This document shows positions 1-7,369 of a DNA stretch of 23,020 nt, piece by piece. Every line of letters begins with the position of its first letter. Position 1 is the stretch's first letter. The stretch comes from Promethearchaeota archaeon. Lineage in GTDB: Archaea; Asgardarchaeota; Lokiarchaeia; Sigyniarchaeales; Promethearchaeaceae. The translations under genes were made by a program, and so were the position numbers. The stretch spans positions 1 through 23,020 of the forward strand of contig WJKO01000187.1 of the NCBI GenBank assembly GCA_014729055.1. Reading direction: 5' to 3'. The notes beneath the pieces were generated by a model. That model ran no database searches. It saw nothing but the letters and a program-made list of their open reading frames with translations, and had not been told where the DNA came from.

Positions 1-2
1 TA

Positions 3-383
3 TTAAAGGAGGCAGAAAATGCGGGTTTAGTCCATAAAGCATTCCATAATGGGTCAAATATCCATAGGGATGAAAATAGCATCTGCAACTGCTGTAAATG
101 TTGTTGTGATACCTTTAATTTCTGGAGAATGGGTGCAGCGCCAATGGTAAATTCCACAAATTATCTGTCAGATATTGATCAAGAGTTATGCATTGGTTGC
201 GGGACTTGTGTAGAGCGCTGTCCTACAGATGCAATTTCCTTAGATGAAAATGATAAAGCAACCCGGGTCGAAGATTATTGTATTGGATGTGGAATATGTG
301 CCCATTTCTGCCCTGAAAATGCAATCTCACTGATAGAAGGTATGAGAAAAGTATATGTACCTCCTCCAAAGCTTAGAGAATAA
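3..383 (+). CDS. 4Fe-4S dicluster domain protein, C-terminal part (5' end lies outside the window)
   Basis: The frame is open from the window edge (codons from nt 3: LKEAENAGLVHKAFHNGSNIHRDENSICNCCKCCCDTFNFWR) and runs into the listed 129..383 ORF. It has two canonical CxxCxxCxxxCP motifs (CIGCGTCVERCP, CIGCGICAHFCP) and an upstream CNCCKCCC cysteine cluster. Confidence 0.8.
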   Translation, partial: LKEAENAGLVHKAFHNGSNIHRDENSICNCCKCCCDTFNFWRMGAAPMVNSTNYLSDIDQELCIGCGTCVERCPTDAISLDENDKATRVEDYCIGCGICAHFCPENAISLIEGMRKVYVPPPKLRE

Positions 384-416
384 TATTGACTACCTACAAT
401 AGACGACAGACTACTA

Positions 417-425
417 TTTTTTTTT
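417..425 (+). terminator. Oligo-T tract (T9), candidate archaeal-type terminator after the Fe-S gene
   Basis: Nine consecutive T about 34 nt after the stop codon at 381..383. Oligo-T tracts are the usual archaeal termination signal. Confidence 0.45.
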
Positions 426-456
426 GTGGGATTATAAGTCAAGGTTATGTTTATGT

Positions 457-470
457 GATCAAACTTGATC
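457..470. promoter_or_regulatory. Palindrome GATCAA-AC-TTGATC upstream of the thioesterase operon
   Basis: Perfect 6-bp inverted arms with a 2-nt centre, about 57 nt upstream of the ATG at 527. Any operator function is speculative. Confidence 0.25.
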
Positions 471-526
471 AAAAATTCGTCAGCTGGAGAATATAATATA
501 ATTTCAAGATAGTTTCAATTTGGCTG

Positions 527-1063
527 GTGCCAATAATGGATGAGAAAGAAAAACAAAAAAAACCAAGTATTGATAAAATACAAGAAGAAATCAAACAGCG
601 AAGCGAAAGAATGGTAAATCTGTTTAACACGATAATAGATACAGATATATCAGATTTTCCCGTCCCTCCATTCACAAAATGGTTGAATGGAAAAATTAAA
701 TCTGCAACGAGGGGAATAGTAGAAATTGAATTGGATGTTCGACCCGAAATGGCAAATCCAACGAAACTACTCCATGGCGGTATGCAAAGTGCAATATTAG
801 ATGACATAATTGGCATGACGTGTGCCACTCTGGGCTATGAAGGTTTCCTAATAACGATAGATTTTCATATAGATTTTCTGGGAAAAGCGAGAGTAGGTGA
901 TAAAGTTAGAGCAAAAGCGGAGATTGTAAGAGAGGGAAAACGAATCGTACACGCAAAAGCTGACCTATTTAATAGTGATGGTAAAAAAATAGCCACTGCA
1001 AGTAGTAATCTCTTGCAAACAAGTTATAAGCCGGATTATGTTAAAGCAATTGATAAATCTTAA
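527..1063 (+). CDS. PaaI/4HBT-family hotdog-fold acyl-CoA thioesterase
   Basis: The core LLHGGMQSAILDDIIGMTCATL followed by a beta-rich C-terminus (GDKVRAKAEIVREGKRIVHAKADLF) is the typical PaaI-type thioesterase pattern. The size (178 aa) fits. Confidence 0.75.
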   Translation: MPIMDEKEKQKKPSIDKIQEEIKQRSERMVNLFNTIIDTDISDFPVPPFTKWLNGKIKSATRGIVEIELDVRPEMANPTKLLHGGMQSAILDDIIGMTCATLGYEGFLITIDFHIDFLGKARVGDKVRAKAEIVREGKRIVHAKADLFNSDGKKIATASSNLLQTSYKPDYVKAIDKS

Positions 1064-1069
1064 AAACGC

Positions 1070-1882
1070 ATGGAAATAAAAACAAATATGAAAATCATAG
1101 ATGCGCATAATCACTTGTTCGGAAAGCCATTATTCCATCCCGATGAATATCGAGATAATCTGATTAAAGTCATGGACCAATTGGAAATAGAAAAAACATG
1201 CGTATCTGGGTTGGGTTCGGCATTTTCATCAGTAGATAATCAATATATAAAAGAATCTATTGAGAAATATCCCGACAGAATAGTTGGTGCTTTTTATATT
1301 CGCCCAGGGGCGGGCTCAGCCGAGCTAGTGGATCGAGCCTATGAATCGGGGTTTAAAATGATAAAAGTTACTATTCCTACCAAGCCATATAATGATAAAT
1401 CCCTCTATCCGATTTGGGAAAGAACCCGAGACTATGGATTCCCTATTCTCTTTCATACGGGGATAGTAAGTGTGTTCAATAATACGGGCAACTTGGATAT
1501 TAATTCTTGGTACATGCATCCTATGCGAATTGAACCAATTGCTAATGCTTTCCCAGACCTAAATATAATTATAGCTCATTTAGGCGTGCACTGGAATCAT
1601 GATGCCGCCGAACTAGCGCGTATGAAAAATAATGTATATGTAGACTTAACAGGAGAACCAGATGGGTGGAGAATGAGAGCAGACGCCGTTGGTATGGATA
1701 GATTTTTGTGGTGGGATGGAGCATTCAAGAAAGTGATTTTTGGTACAGATGTTACCTATCACAAGACAAAGACAATCTTAGAAGAAGACCTGGCTCGATA
1801 TAAGAAATTAAAACTTGATGAATCTACTTTGGAACTAATATTCCATAAAAATATAGAGAAATTGTTATCAGGGGTCAAATGA
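1070..1882 (+). CDS. Amidohydrolase-2 family metal-dependent hydrolase (TIM barrel)
   Basis: IIDAHNHLF near the N-terminus, an internal HTG, IIAHLGVHWNHD, and a C-terminal VIFGTDVTY match the Amidohydro_2 metal-ligand layout (HxH, H, H, D). Confidence 0.7.
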   Translation: MEIKTNMKIIDAHNHLFGKPLFHPDEYRDNLIKVMDQLEIEKTCVSGLGSAFSSVDNQYIKESIEKYPDRIVGAFYIRPGAGSAELVDRAYESGFKMIKVTIPTKPYNDKSLYPIWERTRDYGFPILFHTGIVSVFNNTGNLDINSWYMHPMRIEPIANAFPDLNIIIAHLGVHWNHDAAELARMKNNVYVDLTGEPDGWRMRADAVGMDRFLWWDGAFKKVIFGTDVTYHKTKTILEEDLARYKKLKLDESTLELIFHKNIEKLLSGVK

Positions 1883-2733
1883 TGAATCGGAGAGAAGAAG
1901 TGCGAAAACTTTTACGCTTATCTCCTGAAGAAGTAAGGGGAAGGGCAGGGAAGCATTTAATCGTCTGTGAAAACTTGGATGAGTTGCATAAATTATTTGC
2001 CAGACATATTGCAGACGAAATTTTAAAGCATAATAAACTGGGAAAGCCAATCAAACTTATTTTACCGGTTGGGCCTATTGGGCAATATCCTTATTTCATA
2101 AATATTGTAAAAAAGGAGGAAATCTCTCTTGAAAAATGTTGGATATTTTTTATGGATGAATACTGCGACGAGGATGGTTCAGCGGTTGCAACCTCACACC
2201 CTTTAAGTTTTAGAAAAATTGCCGCGGAACATTTTATAGAACCTCTTAGGATATTTTCAGATATCAATACCAATCAGATACATTTCCCAAAAGAAGATAA
2301 TTTAGACGAATTATCGGCTATTATTGAAGATTTAGCTGGAATAGATACTTGTTTTGGGGGAATTGGAATACATGGACATATTGCATTCAATGAACCCGAA
2401 GAGAATGTAAATACTTTAGGTTATCGCAAGGTTAAATTAAATAACTATACTCGCACAATAAACGCTGTGAGAGCACAAGTCGGTGGTAATCTTGAGTGTT
2501 TTCCTCTCAACGCCTATACAATAGGCATGAAACAAATACTAAATTCAAATAAAATTCGATTGTATTGCCGAAACGGAACTCCTTACGATTGGGCAAATAC
2601 TATCTTAAGGATAGCTCTTTTTGCCCGTCCTGGAAATGATTATCCGGTCACTTACATTCGTAGTAGAAAAAATAGAGATTATATAATTATAACTGATAAA
2701 GATACATTACAGGCACCGAAGAATATAATTTAA
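1879..2733 (+). CDS. Glucosamine-6-phosphate deaminase/isomerase (NagB)-like protein
   Basis: FFMDEYCDEDG and GIGIHGHIAFNEPEE correspond to the NagB/6-phosphogluconolactonase-family signatures (compare GIGxDGHIAFNEP). The start overlaps the upstream stop by 4 nt (ATGA). Confidence 0.7.
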   Translation: MMNRREEVRKLLRLSPEEVRGRAGKHLIVCENLDELHKLFARHIADEILKHNKLGKPIKLILPVGPIGQYPYFINIVKKEEISLEKCWIFFMDEYCDEDGSAVATSHPLSFRKIAAEHFIEPLRIFSDINTNQIHFPKEDNLDELSAIIEDLAGIDTCFGGIGIHGHIAFNEPEENVNTLGYRKVKLNNYTRTINAVRAQVGGNLECFPLNAYTIGMKQILNSNKIRLYCRNGTPYDWANTILRIALFARPGNDYPVTYIRSRKNRDYIIITDKDTLQAPKNII

Positions 2734-2761
2734 ATTTGGAACATAGACTTGAGACGCTTAA

Positions 2762-3469
2762 TTAAAAAGATACTTTAAGGTAGTCTTGATCCGAACTTAG
2801 GTCTAATTCTTCAAGCTCTGATGCCCATAACATTCCACGACGCATCATTTCCAAAGCATCTGGAATATTAAAATCTTTATAGGTATGACCAATACTTGCA
2901 TAAAATACTTTCCCGTCTCCCCAGCGTTTCTTGAAGACTACGGGCATTTTAATTCCCTCAATCCATGGAAATTGCATGCTATGAAAAGTGGTTGTAGCGA
3001 GAACTTCTACTGCGGGATCTACGTGCATATAATACTGCTCGCTTGTTATTTTAAAATCATTGAGCCCTTTAATTATTGGATCTTCCTTTTTTTCTGGGAT
3101 GAAATTCACTTCATACGTCATTTTCGCTCCGCCCGGATGTGATACCCACTGCGCACCAGTCATAAACTGATATTGAACATTATTCCTAAATGAATCACAG
3201 AGACCTCCATGCCAACCTACCAATCCAACCCCGTCCATAACAGCATATGAAAGTCCATCTTCTTGATCCTTCTCTAAATTTCCTCCAGTCCAACATTGCA
3301 CCACTAAATCGAGAGATTCCATTAATTTTCGGTCTTTATATGCGTCTAAGGTCTTCTTCTTAACAATTTCAAATCCTTCGTCTTGCAAGATCTTTATCAT
3401 TTTCTTCATAGACTTCTTGGGTGTATGTCCTTTCCATCCACCATACACACAAAGTGCTTTTTTTGCCAT
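2762..3469 (-). CDS. ThuA-domain (trehalose-utilisation-like, class I amidotransferase-like fold) protein
   Basis: The pattern LDLVVQCWTGG, GVGLVGWHGG, TGAQWVSHPG, DPIIKGLNDFKITSEQYY, WGDGKVFYASIGH follows the ThuA family layout as I remember it. Confidence 0.6.
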   Translation of the reverse strand: MAKKALCVYGGWKGHTPKKSMKKMIKILQDEGFEIVKKKTLDAYKDRKLMESLDLVVQCWTGGNLEKDQEDGLSYAVMDGVGLVGWHGGLCDSFRNNVQYQFMTGAQWVSHPGGAKMTYEVNFIPEKKEDPIIKGLNDFKITSEQYYMHVDPAVEVLATTTFHSMQFPWIEGIKMPVVFKKRWGDGKVFYASIGHTYKDFNIPDALEMMRRGMLWASELEELDLSSDQDYLKVSF

Positions 3470-3565
3470 AAAAAAATATAGGTTAACTCAAAATAAAAAT
3501 TCTCGTTAAATTATTTGAAAAAAAATATACTTCTGTCATCTATTGTTAGAATAATAGACTACCAA

Positions 3566-3724
3566 TTAGCCCCAAATATCTTTAATGATAAGGTCAAGCA
3601 CTTTCGCCCATTCGTCTTCTAAATTTGGGAACCTAACTCCTCTATTTACTTTTCTCGTTTCTTCTGCTTTGTTTTGATCGTTATCAACGAATGCATTCTT
3701 CCTTTTTTTTGCCGTTTTAATCAT
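3566..3724 (-). CDS. Small ORF, 52 aa, paralog of the 3845..4018 ORF (not in the ORF track)
   Basis: Manual translation: MIKTAKKRKNAFVDNDQNKAEETRKVNRGVRFPNLEDEWAKVLDLIIKDIWG, from ATG to TAA. Its C-terminal 22 aa share a [FY]PNLxxxWxxxLxxxIKxIW[GS]-stop motif with the neighbouring small ORF. Confidence 0.55.
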   Translation of the reverse strand: MIKTAKKRKNAFVDNDQNKAEETRKVNRGVRFPNLEDEWAKVLDLIIKDIWG

Positions 3725-3844
3725 ATTTTAAGAGAATCAAAATCGAAATATAGAGATTGTCCACATATTATAGAGTGACATATAGAAAGTATATAGATAA
3801 TCTAAAGATCTAAAAGCTATGCCTAAACGCTGTTTATAAATCAT

Positions 3845-4018
3845 TTAACTCCAAATATATTTTATGAAGATATTTAGAGCTCTACGCCATTTTGCATCCA
3901 AATTGGGATACAGTTCTTTAAGATCAGAACTATCATCTAGATCACTCTTCTCATCAGAGCGAATGTTTTTCTTTTCATTTAGGTCATTCATCATTTTATC
4001 TCCTGAATTCTCAGTCAT
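3845..4018 (-). CDS. Small ORF, 57 aa, acidic N-terminus, paralog of the 3566..3724 ORF (not in the ORF track)
   Basis: Manual translation: MTENSGDKMMNDLNEKKNIRSDEKSDLDDSSDLKELYPNLDAKWRRALNIFIKYIWS. The ATG lies 5 nt after the stop of the 4024..4887 gene on the same strand. It shares the conserved C-terminal motif with the 52-aa ORF. Confidence 0.6.
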   Translation of the reverse strand: MTENSGDKMMNDLNEKKNIRSDEKSDLDDSSDLKELYPNLDAKWRRALNIFIKYIWS

Positions 4019-4023
4019 CTATA

Positions 4024-4887
4024 CTAGTCAGTTTTTTCTATTAGGGAATCATAAAATCTGATCAAACCACGAATTATTGTCTTAATATCGGATTTTGATC
4101 GTATGATTAAATCCTTCAAATAGTATTCATCTTCCATATCAGAATTCCATAACGTGTTTAAATCTTGTATTTTGTCAATAAGCGAATTGTAATAACTCCT
4201 CGTTATTGGTTTTGATTCACACACCTTTCCTTCAAAATTCTTCAGTAACGTGTTAAAACTATGGAACTCACCCTTTTCTAACTGAAAAAACAAGGATATA
4301 TTCTCTTTTGAACGTCTGAATTTAACTCTAAATATATCTATGATAAAATTTTTTAGCATTTTTTTGATAAGATGCCCAATTATAGGATACATTTCTAATT
4401 GAAATGCGCCGTTGATCTGCATTTCAAGATCCTTATATGTTTCGTCAGGATAGTTATGGATTACTAAATACTTGATCCCCGAGATCGGCTTAATGTATTC
4501 CCTATTTATCTCTAATTTGTTAATAACTTTTGAGTATTTCCTTAAAAATCGTATGCTTTCGTAGTTAAGTGTTTTTCTTATAACCTCGTGAAGCATTTTG
4601 AAGATTCGCTGATTTTTCATAGTATCTAAAGGATCCAGCGTTGATAACAAGTCTAAAACAGATTCTCGGTATAGTCTTTTATTATAAAATGCTTTTGCAA
4701 AATTAATATCGTTGTAATTACAATTTAAAGCCGGAAAGTGTTTTCTTACAAAAAGTTCCCATTGTGTCCCGAAATCGTCATAATCTAAGACCATTAAGAC
4801 TAATTGCTCTAAAAAGCCTTTATACTCTTTATAATTATGAATCCCTAGACTCTCTTTCTCAAGATTTAGTCTGAACTTCTCGGACAT
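4024..4887 (-). CDS. Hypothetical all-helical protein, 287 aa, no family recognised
   Basis: Long uninterrupted ORF with composition similar to neighbouring genes. I recognise no catalytic or binding motif in it. It sits first in a cassette with two small ORFs. Confidence 0.6.
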   Translation of the reverse strand: MSEKFRLNLEKESLGIHNYKEYKGFLEQLVLMVLDYDDFGTQWELFVRKHFPALNCNYNDINFAKAFYNKRLYRESVLDLLSTLDPLDTMKNQRIFKMLHEVIRKTLNYESIRFLRKYSKVINKLEINREYIKPISGIKYLVIHNYPDETYKDLEMQINGAFQLEMYPIIGHLIKKMLKNFIIDIFRVKFRRSKENISLFFQLEKGEFHSFNTLLKNFEGKVCESKPITRSYYNSLIDKIQDLNTLWNSDMEDEYYLKDLIIRSKSDIKTIIRGLIRFYDSLIEKTD

Positions 4888-5171
4888 ATAAAATAAACTC
4901 GCAAATGGGATTAGTGATAGCCATTATAAAATTTCTCCACATACATTTATAAATGTCACTATTAAATGAATCTTTATCTATTTAAATCTCGAAGGAGGTA
5001 TCTTTCCATTCCTAATCTCTATTCAATATTCAAAGATTCAGATAGAATGAACAACGTCGCAAGCAGAGGATTCATACCAATTTAGATTTAATCAAATAAT
5101 CTTCTAGATAAATATAAGAGCATGCAATCTAAAGAAAATACTAAATTTGCATTTTAAAGGAAAGAAAATCT

Positions 5172-5231
5172 AAAAAGAAAAAAACTCAAAAAAGTAGTAG
5201 AAAAAATAGACTATTTGATAAATTGTCTATT
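5172..5231 (-). terminator. Hairpin (AATAGAC/GTCTATT) plus T-rich tract downstream of the SDR gene
   Basis: 7-bp inverted arms at 5205..5211 and 5225..5231, starting 3 nt past the stop codon (5234..5236). On the minus strand they are followed by several T5-T7 runs (plus-strand A runs at 5172..5206). Confidence 0.4.
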
Positions 5232-5233
5232 GA

Positions 5234-6805
5234 TTAATCACTTAAACCTTCAATATCCTTGTAGCAGTCTTCTGGATAAAAGTTATTTTCATCCTTGCTA
5301 TGATTTGGATACCATATTTGTGCGAAAAACTTGTTTTTCTTTGCTATTTCATCATAATTCCATGGGGGTGCTAAACATTCAGGACACCAAATCCCTGCTT
5401 TTATTACGGTATAGGGTTTTGCGTCAAACTCATGTCCAAAGGCGCATTTCCAGTGTAATGTCTCGTATAAATCTCCAGACCATTCTGTTGACAATAATGT
5501 TCCCCCTCTAAATTCTGCCGCCTCCCGTAAGTCATTAACAGCCAACTGATCTTTACTCTCATCATATCCGTGATCTAATCTATGCCATTTGGGTTCTGGA
5601 TCCATCTGCGGCATATCAACATCCCAGTCGGGAATATTCTCAAACGCTTTATATGAACCAAAAAAGGCGGAGATACGCATATCGTTTCGGTTATTATACC
5701 AACCTAGGGTGCCATCAGGTCTTTCTGCCATCTTTTTTAAACGCTTATATGTTTGATTTTCAACTAAATTCTTGAACGGTTTGACTTTTTTGCATAGCTT
5801 TGCTACCAATTTCATATACCAAGGCATATTATCATGCACACGTTGGATATAATCGTCCAAGGTATCATTCCAATTGTGAATATAATCATTAAGTACATGA
5901 GAATCTTCAAAATACTGCATATGAAAATTACGCAAGGCAAACCACTGACGTTCCATGATGTTATGATAATCTAAGCCTATCATATCGAAGGTAATTCTCA
6001 TAAACTCAAAAAATGTTATTCTACATGAGGGACCACCGCCCATATTATATGCTCGTCTCCAGAAATCCGAATCATCTGGGATATCTAGTGCATTTACTAA
6101 ACCTCTTCCTGCATCTTCAGCAGTATTATTTTCCATAAAAGAATCTAGCGGTTGATGGAACATAATGGGATCTTGTAAACTCATGATATCTGGTATCATT
6201 ATGAACGTCTGTCGAAGAGAGGCCCAATGTTTTATATTTGATTCCATCAATGCACGTTCCCCCCTGATTTTAGTAGTCGCGTAGAAATCAAACACACTGG
6301 GTTTCATGGGATCTCCTATTCGTCCGACATGGATACTCTGTAACCGGTCACCTGTTTCTGCAACGGATCCGACGTAAATGAATTTGATATGTTCAGCCCC
6401 ATTAGGCTGAGATTCAATTGCTTTAATTATATGTTTTATTGCGCCTGTATTTACCGCTTTTGCCATTTTCGGGTTTCTATCAGCAGCGGGAGAAATAAAC
6501 GCCATTGGACATAACACCCAATCTATTCCTTTACATGCCTCTTCAACATCATTATAACTGGTTGCGTCACCCCAGACTATCTTAAATCCATTATTCTCGA
6601 CAATACCTTTACCCTCTATTGAAGTGATACCTGCTTTCTTCTCATATGGTTTGAAGAGTGTTTTATTTTTCTTTGAAGGCCTTTGCAGAAGCACAATGTT
6701 GTATTTACGGTTTCCTTGTTCGTCTTTTCGATTCCATAGTTGCTTGAATGCTTCAAAACCCATACTACCCGAAGCACCAGCTAAAAAAACGCTTTCTTTT
6801 TCCAT
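5234..6805 (-). CDS. NAD(P)-dependent epimerase/dehydratase-type SDR fused to a C-terminal extension with a Zn-ribbon-like motif
   Basis: N-terminal Rossmann motif FLAGASGSMGFEAF and a YATTK (YxxxK) catalytic dyad. The C-terminal part of about 200 aa contains HWKCAFGHEFDAKPYTVIKAGIWCPEC (C, H, CxxC ligand spacing). Confidence 0.65.
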   Translation of the reverse strand: MEKESVFLAGASGSMGFEAFKQLWNRKDEQGNRKYNIVLLQRPSKKNKTLFKPYEKKAGITSIEGKGIVENNGFKIVWGDATSYNDVEEACKGIDWVLCPMAFISPAADRNPKMAKAVNTGAIKHIIKAIESQPNGAEHIKFIYVGSVAETGDRLQSIHVGRIGDPMKPSVFDFYATTKIRGERALMESNIKHWASLRQTFIMIPDIMSLQDPIMFHQPLDSFMENNTAEDAGRGLVNALDIPDDSDFWRRAYNMGGGPSCRITFFEFMRITFDMIGLDYHNIMERQWFALRNFHMQYFEDSHVLNDYIHNWNDTLDDYIQRVHDNMPWYMKLVAKLCKKVKPFKNLVENQTYKRLKKMAERPDGTLGWYNNRNDMRISAFFGSYKAFENIPDWDVDMPQMDPEPKWHRLDHGYDESKDQLAVNDLREAAEFRGGTLLSTEWSGDLYETLHWKCAFGHEFDAKPYTVIKAGIWCPECLAPPWNYDEIAKKNKFFAQIWYPNHSKDENNFYPEDCYKDIEGLSD

Positions 6806-6977
6806 TTTACATCAATTTGTCTTGATTTTTTTAAATTTGCTTGAAATAACTAAAATAGCTTAATTAAATCATAATTTCATTCTTATAACTTGGTTATGCT
6901 TGTCATTGCAACCTACAAAATTCTCTTCATGAGTGGAAAAAATAAATTAATTAATTAGTGAATTAATTATTTAATTA

Positions 6978-7331
6978 ATGACTTCAAATCTAAAGAAAAG
7001 ATTTTACTTTATCCAAGGTATTAATTCCAATTTTGAATTCACGGGCGACTTTCAAACGATTGATTCCGACTCAGCAGTTACAAAGGATAAATTTATAGAA
7101 TTATTAAGTAAGTTACCAGTTCCACCAGAAGATATCAATAAGAATGAAGAATTATGTGCACCTCACATTGGATTTTCAAATAATGATCCTTGGTTTATGA
7201 TTGCTAGGAATGGTCTAACTGAATGGAGCGTTATTTACGATACAGATGTTTACAAGAACTTTACCGAAGATAATGTTATCCATGATTTTAAAACTCTAAG
7301 AAAAGTCTTAGATTTTATTTGGGAAAAATAG
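6978..7331 (+). CDS. Hypothetical soluble protein, 117 aa
   Basis: ORF with plausible coding composition in a divergent arrangement with the SDR gene. No motif recognised. Confidence 0.45.
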   Translation: MTSNLKKRFYFIQGINSNFEFTGDFQTIDSDSAVTKDKFIELLSKLPVPPEDINKNEELCAPHIGFSNNDPWFMIARNGLTEWSVIYDTDVYKNFTEDNVIHDFKTLRKVLDFIWEK

Positions 7332-7369
7332 ATATTTGGAGAATATAGATATTTGAAGAATATAATTTC

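Noticed and set aside
3864-4061. Plus-strand 65-aa ORF from the track
   Set aside because: It is the antisense shadow of the minus-strand 57-aa ORF (3845..4018). The minus-strand ORF has a paralog with a conserved C-terminal motif. The plus-strand translation is Ser/Phe/Leu-rich with no support.
4024-4887. Possible HEPN-type Rx4-6H motif (RIFKMLH) in the 287-aa orphan protein
   Set aside because: A single short pattern with a hydrophobic residue after the Arg, unlike typical HEPN motifs, and no supporting context. This is not enough for a nuclease call, so it is kept only as something a profile search could test.
7270-7331. The C-terminus of the 117-aa ORF (TLRKVLDFIWEK) resembles the C-terminal motif of the two small ORFs (KVLDLIIKDIWG)
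   Set aside because: Only KVLD and IW match, the register differs, and the PNL...W part is absent. This could easily be chance.
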